DNA of 64,000 nucleotides from an uncultured Bacilli bacterium (GTDB lineage Bacteria; Bacillota_I; Bacilli_A; RF39; UBA660): NCBI GenBank assembly GCA_944332715.1, contig CALVKN010000001.1, positions 13,415 to 77,414 of the forward strand, read 5' to 3'. Shown piece by piece: positions 55,423 to 64,000 of this stretch (position 1 is its first letter; each line of letters starts with the position of its first letter). The notes under the pieces were generated by a model. It saw only the letters and a program-made list of their open reading frames with translations, ran no database searches and was not told where the DNA came from. The position numbers and the translations under genes were made by a program.

Positions 55423-56097
55423 TTAATAATTACGTTTTTCGCAGAAAAATAACATTTCTTTTTGTACATCATCAACTGCAATATACTCTATAGTTTTTTT
55501 CTGATAATCCCTATGCAATATATAAATAACTGTATTCTTATTATCAGAATCCCCTATTGCATAATCATTATCAATAGAAAAATTACTCATATTATTAAGT
55601 TGCCTGTTACTAAGACTACCTTGCCATATAGCATTACTGCTAAGATATTCTACATATTCTTTAATTACTTTTTCGCTTGCTGACACATAAAGCTTAACTT
55701 CTTCTCCATCATAAGGATAATAATAAAAATCTAAAACGTTAAAATCAGTAATATCCTCTGGTAAATGGTGGCAATATATGCTGTCACTCATACCTTCATA
55801 CGCCACATTATATTGCTCAATATCTTCAATCGCGTTCCCACCACCATCATTTATACCTAAAAACAAAAATTCGTAAACAACAAATATAGATAATATTAAT
55901 AAAAGAAGTAATCTTTTCAATAAAGTCCATTTTATAGTCAAAGAAAAAAGCAAACAAAATCCATAATAAGCTACCCAAAAAGATATTAAAGTAATAAAAA
56001 TTAAAAGTAAATTATTTATTTTAAATGTTACTGCCATAAAAAGTAATAATAATATATAAATAAAATGTAATATATGTATAAGTCTCATAGTTCTCAT
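55423..56097 (-). CDS. hypothetical membrane protein, 224 aa
   Basis: Four N-terminal hydrophobic helices and a soluble C-terminal domain. A terminator follows. Confidence 0.45.
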   Translation of the reverse strand: MRTMRLIHILHFIYILLLLFMAVTFKINNLLLIFITLISFWVAYYGFCLLFSLTIKWTLLKRLLLLLILSIFVVYEFLFLGINDGGGNAIEDIEQYNVAYEGMSDSIYCHHLPEDITDFNVLDFYYYPYDGEEVKLYVSASEKVIKEYVEYLSSNAIWQGSLSNRQLNNMSNFSIDNDYAIGDSDNKNTVIYILHRDYQKKTIEYIAVDDVQKEMLFFCEKRNY

Positions 56098-56132
56098 TTC
56101 ACAATCAAAAAAAGCTCTAGTTTAACTAGAAC

Positions 56133-57191
56133 TTAGAAATTATCACTTCTTAAGAATGGTGGAATTTCATATTCATCATCTACTTCTTGTGGTTTGCTTC
56201 TTCTTTTTGGAAGTTCATCACTAAATAAAGCTTCTTCACCAGTTTCATCATCAAATCCGGTAGCAATAACTGTAACAATAACTTCATCAGTTAAGTTTTC
56301 ATTCTTTATTGCCCCAAATATAATATTAATATCGGAATTTGCTGCTTCTCTAACTGTTTCAACAGCATCTTCTATTTCAAACAATGTAAGATTTTTTCCA
56401 CCAGTTACATTGACAATTGCATTTGTTGCCCCTTCAATTGTTGCTTCAAGTAAACTATTAGCAACTGCTTGTCTAGCCGCTTCAATTGCTCTATTTTCAC
56501 CAGCATTACATCCAATACCAATGATTGCTGTACCACTTTTTTCCATAACTGTTTTAACATCAGCAAAGTCTAGGTTAATTACTCCAGTTACAGCAATAAG
56601 GTCAGATATTGATTGTACCCCACGGTGTAAAACATTATCAACTTCTTTAAATGCATCATCAAAACTTGTTGTTTTATCAATTATTTCTCTTAAACGATCA
56701 TTTGGAATAATGATTAATGAGTCAACATGTTGACGAAGTTCCTCAAGTCCCACTAAAGCATTTTCCATTCTTCTTTTACCTTCAAATCTAAATGGTTTAG
56801 TTACAATACCAACAGTTAAAGCTCCCATTTCTTGAGCAATTTCTGCAATAATTGGTGCAGCACCTGTACCAGTACCACCACCAAGACCACAAGCAACAAA
56901 CACCATATCTGCTCCTTGTAATGCATCTTCTAGTTCTGTCTTACTTTCAAGCGCAGCAGCACGTCCAACCTCCGGGTTTGCTCCAGCACCACGTCCCCCA
57001 GTAATATTTTTACCAATTTGAATTTTATTAGGACATAAAGAACTATTTAGAACTTGTAAATCTGTATTGACTACATAGAATTCAACACTCTTTACTCCTT
57101 CTTCAATCATTCGGTTTACGGCATTACATCCACCGCCACCTACGCCAACAACTTTTATCTTGGCAATTTGATCCATCTGTAATCCATTCAT
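56133..57191 (-). CDS. ftsZ: cell division GTPase FtsZ
   Basis: [10 protein letters not shown] and the [14 protein letters not shown] tubulin signature. Confidence 0.97.
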   Translation of the reverse strand: MNGLQMDQIAKIKVVGVGGGGCNAVNRMIEEGVKSVEFYVVNTDLQVLNSSLCPNKIQIGKNITGGRGAGANPEVGRAAALESKTELEDALQGADMVFVACGLGGGTGTGAAPIIAEIAQEMGALTVGIVTKPFRFEGKRRMENALVGLEELRQHVDSLIIIPNDRLREIIDKTTSFDDAFKEVDNVLHRGVQSISDLIAVTGVINLDFADVKTVMEKSGTAIIGIGCNAGENRAIEAARQAVANSLLEATIEGATNAIVNVTGGKNLTLFEIEDAVETVREAANSDINIIFGAIKNENLTDEVIVTVIATGFDDETGEEALFSDELPKRRSKPQEVDDEYEIPPFLRSDNF

Positions 57192-57203
57192 AATTCATTC
57201 TCC

Positions 57204-58445
57204 TTAATTATCAAAAAAGTAACCAAACAGTTTTCCTAAAATTGAATCTTCAGAAATGTTTACTTTTTTATGTATTCCACTTAATTCTTCTTGTTCATCT
57301 AAACTAAATATTGAAAAATCACGATTTCGAAGTCTAAGTCTGCTATCATAATATTTGATTAATCCTACAGCAGTAGCATACTTATTATGTCTAGCTCCAA
57401 TTTCCTTGACTTCACCTACAGTAGCATCTTTAAAAATATAATCTAATATATTTTTAAATTCTGTAGTTTCCGTTACTCCCCCTGTAACAATTATATAACT
57501 AATTTGCTTTTTTGTTAAGAGATTTATTTGTTTTTTTGCTAAATTTAGTATTTCTTCTAACCGGCTCATTACTATTTCACTAGCACTATATTGATTTATT
57601 TTTATTTTATCACCATTTTTATCTTCAACAATAACTGATTCATTTGCTTGAGCCAGATTTTTATCAGCAAGAGCAATAACTTCTTTAATATTTATTGCAT
57701 TTTTTCTATTAATCTTATAAACATATCCCAAGTCATAATCGATATTATCACCCCCCATATCGATAACCTCACTACTAGTAATAATACCCTTATTAAATAT
57801 TGATACTGTTGTTTTACTTGCACCAATATTTATAACAGCTCCAACTTCTGTATCTTTCTTACTATCTCTAAATTCATAGTAATCTCCTAAAGACCCAACA
57901 GTTACATCAACTACTTCAATCCCAAACTTTTCTAGTACTTTTACTATTGGTGTTACATTTTTCTTAGGAACAGTTACAACAACTGCCTTAACATTTAACT
58001 TTTCTGCTTCCATAGATAGTGGAGTTGAAGTAACAATACTATCATTTATCAAAAATTTAGTAGGAAGTATTGTAACTAATTCTCTATTATCCATTACCTT
58101 ATTATAAACGGCTGCTTGCATTGAACGTATTATATCATTACTAGTAACAATACCACTTTCATTATTTATACTTGTATATCCTTCACTTAAAAAACATTCC
58201 ATTCCATTACTAGGTACACTTACTATAACTTTTTTTATTGGTAATCCAATTTGTTCTTCACCTTTTTTGAATGCCTCATCTAAAGCTTCCATAGCACTTT
58301 CTGGATTAACAATAAATCCTTTTTTTATTCCCCTGGAAGGTACATCAACACACGCCAAAATATTTAGTTTACCACGAACTATTTCCCCAACTACAAGTTT
58401 AATAGTATGATTTCCAATATCTAAACTAGCAATTATCTTGCGCAT
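57204..58445 (-). CDS. ftsA: cell division protein FtsA
   Basis: Actin-like fold motifs (LDIGNHTIK, INIGASKTTVS, VTGGVT). Lies upstream of ftsZ. Confidence 0.95.
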   Translation of the reverse strand: MRKIIASLDIGNHTIKLVVGEIVRGKLNILACVDVPSRGIKKGFIVNPESAMEALDEAFKKGEEQIGLPIKKVIVSVPSNGMECFLSEGYTSINNESGIVTSNDIIRSMQAAVYNKVMDNRELVTILPTKFLINDSIVTSTPLSMEAEKLNVKAVVVTVPKKNVTPIVKVLEKFGIEVVDVTVGSLGDYYEFRDSKKDTEVGAVINIGASKTTVSIFNKGIITSSEVIDMGGDNIDYDLGYVYKINRKNAINIKEVIALADKNLAQANESVIVEDKNGDKIKINQYSASEIVMSRLEEILNLAKKQINLLTKKQISYIIVTGGVTETTEFKNILDYIFKDATVGEVKEIGARHNKYATAVGLIKYYDSRLRLRNRDFSIFSLDEQEELSGIHKKVNISEDSILGKLFGYFFDN

Positions 58446-58536
58446 TCAATACACTTCCCATATCATTAAACTAATTATACCCAAAAATAGTATATCTTGC
58501 AAGTTTTTTTTACAAACAAAAAGATGCTTAAAGCAC

Positions 58537-59085
58537 CTATTTTTGAATTATATATGTATCTATTAAATCAAATACTGCAACTACCACTAAGAATGCTCCA
58601 GCAAGCTTTGTAATTGTTATACCAGCAAATGGATTAAATATTAGAACAACACCTAAAATTACAGTAATAATGCCCATTATAAGTGTACCAATCCATTTAT
58701 CAGTAATTCTTTTTAAAACGAATGAAAGTTTTAATTTCAAAAGTCCATTAATTACTAAATATACCCCCAAACATATAGTTACTAAATTAATAATAGAATA
58801 TGGATAAATTATAATTATTACCCCAAGTACACTATAAAGTATACCAGATACTAAATTCAGGCTACTACCATTATCCTTTTCTTTAATATATTTAACGATA
58901 GCAATTATTCCCACTGCTAATAAAGCAACCCCAATTAAAATGCCAATTAATTTATTAAGTGTTCCTGGAATAAGTAATAATACTAAACCAACCAATCCTA
59001 AAATTAATGTTTTACTCAAATTATCAGGATTACTAACTTTCGGAGAAATAATTTCCACATTTTCAACTTTTTCTTTTTTCTTCAT
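58537..59085 (-). CDS. HdeD/DUF308-family membrane protein
   Basis: Six short hydrophobic helices in repeated pairs. Confidence 0.55.
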   Translation of the reverse strand: MKKKEKVENVEIISPKVSNPDNLSKTLILGLVGLVLLLIPGTLNKLIGILIGVALLAVGIIAIVKYIKEKDNGSSLNLVSGILYSVLGVIIIIYPYSIINLVTICLGVYLVINGLLKLKLSFVLKRITDKWIGTLIMGIITVILGVVLIFNPFAGITITKLAGAFLVVVAVFDLIDTYIIQK

Positions 59086-59176
59086 ATATAACCACCACTA
59101 TAATTATATTACGAAATACCCATTTAAACAATTGCTTTTTATTTATTATATTGCTAAAATTATACTAGGTGATAAC

Positions 59177-61012
59177 ATGGAAGCAAATGGATACACTCTA
59201 AAAACTTCTTTAAAAAACGCATCAGTTTATAGCCATCTTCCTATAAAAAAAGTTGAAGCATATATTCCTCAAATGTTATCTAAAGTATCCCAGATCGATG
59301 AATTTAGAACTAATTCTTTTTGGCCCGATGATACTTCAGAAATTGATTATGATGATACACTTTACTATGATGCTAATACAAAAATCATATATATAAATAT
59401 TAATATCGTTCGCAACCAAATAGATGTAGCCAAAAACTTTTACAAAAACATTTTAATGAATTCAACATCTCCTGAATTAGTAACTGATATTGGGTTCTTT
59501 TCTATGGATGAAATTATTGATTCAGTTATTAAAAATCCTAATGTCAAAAAAATAGTTTTTCCAACCTATTTATCTAGATACACATTAACAAAAGAAAATC
59601 TTGAAAAATTAATGGCTCATGGCATTGTTGCTTATGTTCCGTGTTTTGAACCATCCTTAAAATCTCGCGTAAATAAAGACTTTTTTATATCTACGCACTT
59701 TTATGATACTAGGGGCTTTGAACACAAACAAGCCAATTTAAACTCTCCAATTCCACCGCAAGATTTTACCTACCTTTTAAAAACAAATCAAATTGTCATT
59801 AACTATTTAGATATAGAAAATTTTATTCAAATTTTTACATTTTTAAAATCTCACAACTATCAAGGAGAAATAACAATTCGTAGTCATGAAATCAATAAAT
59901 CTATAGATCTATCTCTTCTAGACATTTTTGGTAGTACTTTAAACATAACAATAGTAGATAATAGATTTGACCGTTCAGAATACAAAAATGCTAGCAACAT
60001 AAATGAATATAATGCTATTAAAAGAAAATTACAAAATTTATTGTTGCCTATTAAAAATAGCGATTTAAGTCCTTTTGAAAAATATATATATTTATATAAT
60101 TTAGTAAAGAATTATAAAAGATATAAAGATAACGATAAAGATGATACTGATTCTAGAAGCATTTATAACATACTTGATAATAAATATATGGTCTGTGCAG
60201 GTTATGCTAATTTGCTTGCTAATCTTTGTGAAATGGTTGGTATTCCTTGTGCATACATTGAATGTGATGTTGGAGCGTTAACATATCCCCAAAGTGAAGT
60301 TGAAGATGCGATTACTAAGAACTTTCCAAACTTTATGCAAAATTTTATAAAAAATCATAAGAATATATATAAAGTTGTTGAATCATTTGTAAATAGCCAT
60401 AGCAAAAATGCCTTTTACAATCGTAGTGGACACGCTCGCATTTATGTAAACATAGTTGATCCTAAATATGGCATCGATGGCTACTATTATTCTGATCCAA
60501 CTTGGGATTCATCAAGAGATTTTGACTACTACACGCACTTGGCTTTCACTGATGCAGAAAACTCACGCGCTAAAACCCCATTTTACTTTGATTATATGGC
60601 TTTATTTGACATAAAAGCAAAAGAAGAATTTTGGGAAAAACTAACACAATTAAAAAAGTACGATAACTATGCTGGTATCCTAAGAAATATCTTAACGACT
60701 ATTATATATATTGATTATGCTTATTTTAAATCATTAGGTAGAAAATATGGTTTTAGCGAAAATTATTTTCTTCCAGAAGAAATGTCTGAAGAAACCATAA
60801 CAAATATATTTGATGAAATTTGTACTCATATTTTAACTAAAACAAATAAAACTATACCTAAAGAAACGAAATATGAAGCCATAAAAAATTACCTATCTAA
60901 AACGAATACAATGCCCACACCATTAATAAATTATTACATGCATATTTTAAGTTTTTTCAATGACCTTGATACTTTACAATATTTTAATAACGAAAAAAAC
61001 ACCACTCGTTAA
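59177..61012 (+). CDS. transglutaminase-like (papain-fold) domain protein, 611 aa
   Basis: The start is set to MEANGYTLK after AGGTGA, because the track ORF's first 79 codons overlap the convergent gene. YMVCAGYANLLANLC (Cys), SGHARIYV (His), YYYSDPTWD (Asp). Confidence 0.55.
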   Translation: MEANGYTLKTSLKNASVYSHLPIKKVEAYIPQMLSKVSQIDEFRTNSFWPDDTSEIDYDDTLYYDANTKIIYININIVRNQIDVAKNFYKNILMNSTSPELVTDIGFFSMDEIIDSVIKNPNVKKIVFPTYLSRYTLTKENLEKLMAHGIVAYVPCFEPSLKSRVNKDFFISTHFYDTRGFEHKQANLNSPIPPQDFTYLLKTNQIVINYLDIENFIQIFTFLKSHNYQGEITIRSHEINKSIDLSLLDIFGSTLNITIVDNRFDRSEYKNASNINEYNAIKRKLQNLLLPIKNSDLSPFEKYIYLYNLVKNYKRYKDNDKDDTDSRSIYNILDNKYMVCAGYANLLANLCEMVGIPCAYIECDVGALTYPQSEVEDAITKNFPNFMQNFIKNHKNIYKVVESFVNSHSKNAFYNRSGHARIYVNIVDPKYGIDGYYYSDPTWDSSRDFDYYTHLAFTDAENSRAKTPFYFDYMALFDIKAKEEFWEKLTQLKKYDNYAGILRNILTTIIYIDYAYFKSLGRKYGFSENYFLPEEMSEETITNIFDEICTHILTKTNKTIPKETKYEAIKNYLSKTNTMPTPLINYYMHILSFFNDLDTLQYFNNEKNTTR

Positions 61013-61014
61013 CT

Positions 61015-61043
61015 TTGACAAATGATAAAACATATAATATAAT
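61015..61043 (+). promoter_or_regulatory. sigma-A-type promoter TTGACA-17-TATAAT for the glmS leader
   Basis: Perfect consensus hexamers, spacer counted as 17. Confidence 0.6.
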
Positions 61044-61084
61044 TAACAAAACAAATAAAATAAATGGAGGTAAAAATATTTGTT

Positions 61085-61230
61085 AGCGCCAGGCCCTACG
61101 GGGTGACGAGGATAACTAATAATCGAAATATTCGGCGGGTGTAGTTACGGGTAGTATAGTCGTTAGATATATTAAAAAAGCAAAATCAAGATTGTAACAA
61201 AAAATATATCACATACATGTTTTTTGTATG
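61085..61230 (+). ncRNA. glmS leader: glmS ribozyme (GlcN6P-responsive); 3' boundary approximate
   Basis: AGCGCCAGG...GACGAGGAT...ATCGAAATATTCGGCGGGTG matches the conserved core AGCGCCAG/GACGAGGAU/AUCGAA..UUCGGCGG. Directly upstream of glmS. Confidence 0.8.
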
Positions 61231-61243
61231 GAGGAAAATATTT

Positions 61244-63049
61244 ATGTGTGGAATAATCGGCTACGTAGGTCGTGATTTATGTATACCCAAAATTATCAGT
61301 GGCCTTGAAGCTTTAGAATACCGAGGATATGACTCTGCTGGTATTGCTTATGTTGAAAATAAAAAAATTAAAATTATAAAAGAAAAAGGAAAAATTGCTA
61401 ATTTAAAGAAATTACTTGATTTTAATGCTAATACAAATTTAGGAATTGCTCACACGAGATGGGCAACGCATGGTGCGGCAAGTAAAACTAATGCTCACCC
61501 CCACTCTGTTAACTCATTTACTATAGTTCATAATGGTATAATTGAAAATTATAGTGAGTTAAAAGAAAGTCTCATAAAAAAAGGATACATTTTTAAATCA
61601 GAAACTGATACGGAAGTTGCTTGTGCTGTAATTGCAGATTTATATAAAGAGAAAAAAGACATTTTATTATCTTTAAATGCCGCAACAAAAGTTTTTCGAG
61701 GGTCGTACGCTCTTGGAATAATTTGTGCTGATGATAAGAATACTTTATATGCCATGAGGAATACTAGTCCTTTAATTGTTGCAACATCCCCATCAGGTAA
61801 CTTTATTGCATCGGATGTCCCAGCAATTCTAAAATATACTAATAAATATATCTTACTAGATGATTTAGAAATTGCTAAAATAACTGCAGATAACATAACT
61901 ATTTATAATAAAGATTTAAATATTGTTAAAAAAGAAATAAAAACTTTCGAAGGCACTTTTGAAGCCGCCGCCAAAAATGGTTATGAACATTTTATGTTAA
62001 AAGAAATTAATGAACAAGACAAGGTATTTAGTGACACTGTAAACTACTATTTTGATGGCTCTATTGCTTCCCTTAAAAAGAATTTTGCCTTCCTTGATAA
62101 ATTCAGTAAAATAGATATTGTTGCCTGTGGTTCAGCATATCACACTGGTTTAGTTGGTAAATGTCTAATCGAAAAATATGCAAGTATTCCTGTAAATGTT
62201 GAGGTTGCTAGTGAATATCGCTATAAAAAATGTTTTTATGATAATGATACTTTAGTTATATTAGTATCTCAATCCGGAGAAACTGCCGATACTCTTGCAG
62301 CCCTAAGAAAAGCTAAAAGCGATGGCATCACCACTATGGCTATTGTAAATGTTGTTGGAAGCAGTATTGCTCGTGAAGCAGATCATGTAATCTATATTAA
62401 GGCTGGCTGTGAAATAGCAGTTGCCACTACCAAAGCATACTTAGCCCAACTGGCTATATTTAGTCTACTAAGCATTTATTTAGGATATAAAAATAAAGGT
62501 ATAAAGAAATCCGAATTAGAAAAAATATTTACGGATTTAAAAAAGTTACCTAAACTAATTAAAAATACTATCAACTATAGTGAATTATACTTTGATATTG
62601 CTGATAAAATATATAAAAATAAACAAATATTTTTTATCGGCCGTGGGATAGATTATGCCCTATCTATGGAAGGAAGTTTAAAACTAAAAGAAATATCTTA
62701 TATTAATAGTGTTGCTTACCAAGCGGGAGAATTAAAACATGGAACTATTTCCTTAATTGAAAAAAATACTCCAGTAATTGCCCTAGCAACTGATACCGAA
62801 TTAATAGAAAAAACTATTAGTAACATCAAAGAAGTTAAAGCCCGCGGAGCATATGTCATTTATGTAAGTAATGAAGAACCAAGAGAAAAATTCTATGATG
62901 AATTAATACTTTTACCATGTATTCATCCAATTCTCGAAAGCATACTTACTATTATTCCTTTGCAATTACTTGCTTATAAAGTTGCTAAAAATAATAAATG
63001 TGATATTGATCAACCAAGAAATCTTGCCAAATCTGTTACAGTTGAATAA
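61244..63049 (+). CDS. glmS: glutamine--fructose-6-phosphate aminotransferase
   Basis: MCGIIGYVG N-terminal nucleophile, two SIS domains, and the C-terminal PRNLAKSVTVE. Confidence 0.97.
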   Translation: MCGIIGYVGRDLCIPKIISGLEALEYRGYDSAGIAYVENKKIKIIKEKGKIANLKKLLDFNANTNLGIAHTRWATHGAASKTNAHPHSVNSFTIVHNGIIENYSELKESLIKKGYIFKSETDTEVACAVIADLYKEKKDILLSLNAATKVFRGSYALGIICADDKNTLYAMRNTSPLIVATSPSGNFIASDVPAILKYTNKYILLDDLEIAKITADNITIYNKDLNIVKKEIKTFEGTFEAAAKNGYEHFMLKEINEQDKVFSDTVNYYFDGSIASLKKNFAFLDKFSKIDIVACGSAYHTGLVGKCLIEKYASIPVNVEVASEYRYKKCFYDNDTLVILVSQSGETADTLAALRKAKSDGITTMAIVNVVGSSIAREADHVIYIKAGCEIAVATTKAYLAQLAIFSLLSIYLGYKNKGIKKSELEKIFTDLKKLPKLIKNTINYSELYFDIADKIYKNKQIFFIGRGIDYALSMEGSLKLKEISYINSVAYQAGELKHGTISLIEKNTPVIALATDTELIEKTISNIKEVKARGAYVIYVSNEEPREKFYDELILLPCIHPILESILTIIPLQLLAYKVAKNNKCDIDQPRNLAKSVTVE

Positions 63050-63055
63050 AGAGCC

Positions 63056-63712
63056 TCACCTAGGCTCTTTTGCTTTTCTAACTCTCGCTAAATCAATACC
63101 ATTTACTTCAATATATCTTCTTCTAAATTCTTCTGGATTACTAGATAATTCTTGAATACCTGTTAAAAATGCTTCATATTCATCATCTGGAAAATACATT
63201 TTTTCTGTTGCATAACCCATTTTTCCAAACTTATCAATTGCGTGTTTGCGTGATTCTTCAATAATTTCATCAATACTAGCATCAGGCATATGTTTTAATC
63301 TATAACTATAAGTTCTTTTTAAAACTTGTTCAACCGATGTATTTCTATCTGCTGATGATACAATACGACCATAAATACTTCTCGGCTCGCTTGTCTTACT
63401 TGCTCGGTGATCTTCAACAGCTTCTGCCATTGTTTTTATTTCTTCAGCAGTAAAAAATTCTTTTAAGTTTTCATCACTAACCAAAATATCTGCTGATACT
63501 TTTTCATGATTTTTAGCATCAATACCATGTCCTACATCATGATATATGGCAATAGTATCAACCATATCCATATTTATTCCTTCGATACTACTTGCAAACT
63601 TTCTACTTCTTCTTCTAACATAATTTATATGATCCCTATTATGCCCTGAATCATTCAAATCATTTCTAGGCATTATTTCTTCTTCTAAATATTTTTCTAA
63701 CTTTGCATTCAT
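63056..63712 (-). CDS. HD-domain protein
   Basis: GHNRDHINYV and IAIYHDVGH motifs. The start is at MNAKLEKY after GGAGG. Confidence 0.7.
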   Translation of the reverse strand: MNAKLEKYLEEEIMPRNDLNDSGHNRDHINYVRRRSRKFASSIEGINMDMVDTIAIYHDVGHGIDAKNHEKVSADILVSDENLKEFFTAEEIKTMAEAVEDHRASKTSEPRSIYGRIVSSADRNTSVEQVLKRTYSYRLKHMPDASIDEIIEESRKHAIDKFGKMGYATEKMYFPDDEYEAFLTGIQELSSNPEEFRRRYIEVNGIDLARVRKAKEPR

Positions 63713-63777
63713 ACTTAAAACCTCCATCATAATTGTATCGTATTTTTTCAAAATAGATAGCATTTTTACCAAAATTA

Positions 63778-63806
63778 TTGACTTTATTCATATAGTTTTA
63801 TATAAT
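63778..63806 (+). promoter_or_regulatory. promoter TTGACT-17-TATAAT of rpsD
   Basis: Hexamers and spacer counted by hand. It predicts a ~155-nt 5' leader containing hairpins (CCAC-TTCT-GTGG; GGCAGT...ACTGCC), consistent with an S4 autoregulatory leader. Confidence 0.45.
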
Positions 63807-63969
63807 ATATTCGCACAAGTTTTATGGCAGTGTTATAACAAATTATAATGTGTTTAAACCACTTCTGTGGAATAAAGTATCTAGGACTGCCCTAGAAAAA
63901 TTAATTTAAACTCCCTATAATATTGTTATAACGAATAAATCTTTTGCAAGTATAAAGAAAGGAGAAGTT

Positions 63970-64000
63970 ATGGCAAGATACACAGGACCTGCTTATAAAA
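63970..64000 (+). CDS. rpsD: 30S ribosomal protein S4, first 10 codons (runs off the right edge)
   Basis: AAAGGAGAAG RBS. MARYTGPAYK matches the S4 N-terminus MARYTGP. Confidence 0.85.
   Translation, partial: MARYTGPAYK

Noticed and set aside
56194-56733. 179-aa ORF antisense to ftsZ, and similar antisense ORFs (6952-7422, 13317-13505, 13641-13883, 16979-17374, 18624-18905, 25979-26275, 35710-36087, 44378-44653, 45655-45945, 53514-53831, 54593-54889, 61549-61896)
   Set aside because: These are shadow ORFs opposite well-supported genes. They have low-complexity Ser/Leu/Ile-rich translations and no RBS.
58940-59176. N-terminal 79 codons of track ORF 58940-61012
   Set aside because: This part overlaps the convergent DUF308 gene and translates to low-complexity sequence. 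A good AGGTGA-ATG start exists at 59177.

Overview
This is a visibly AT-rich chromosomal segment from an endospore-forming, low-GC Firmicute. No species can be assigned from the sequence alone, and no database search was run. All calls rest on my own reading of the ORF translations and the DNA.

Most genes lie on the minus strand and are core genes in a Bacillus-like order:
- rpsP-khpA, cotE, a HIT protein and CapA
- an ABC-2 exporter pair, prsA, recX-nrnA-ackA
- thiI, cysteine desulfurase and ezrA
- gerE-gerM, tRNA-Arg(UCU), efp, rpmG, a class B PBP, nfo
- ylbD/ylbE-like genes, parE-parC
- yneF, a sirA-like ORF and tkt
- tRNA-Arg(CCU), a UgtP-like glycosyltransferase, lexA, a rhomboid protease
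- rluD-lspA, ylmC-sigG-sigE-spoIIGA, ftsZ-ftsA
- the glmS ribozyme with glmS, and the start of rpsD

Accessory content:
- an IS3-family element (301-1608) with a classic A_AAA_AAG -1 frameshift site
- a decayed ORF-free island (5290-6420)
- a ~5.5-kb island between spoIIGA and ftsZ, carrying two tandem XRE genes, a 20-unit 12-bp minisatellite, an AlbA_2/HATPase_c_4 protein and a DUF1016 nuclease

The main finding is a conserved ~320-bp intergenic module present three times (14731-15051 +, 22461-22783 -, 36311-36641 +) and invisible to the >=60-aa ORF track. Each copy has:
- tandem Spo0A-box-like motifs upstream of a sigma-A-type promoter
- a 26-27-codon hydrophobic, basic-tailed peptide ORF with a strong SD
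- long-range 5'/3' inverted repeats
- a convergent promoter driving a ~65-nt terminator-bearing antisense RNA

This architecture fits a type I toxin-antitoxin, possibly sporulation-controlled, of a family I do not recognise.

The second finding is a paralogous family built on a two-TM, four-Cys anchor module. Its three members are interleaved with housekeeping genes.

Several small genes missing from the ORF track were found by hand: rpmG, two YjcZ-like tiny TM proteins, and a lexA-divergent small membrane ORF.
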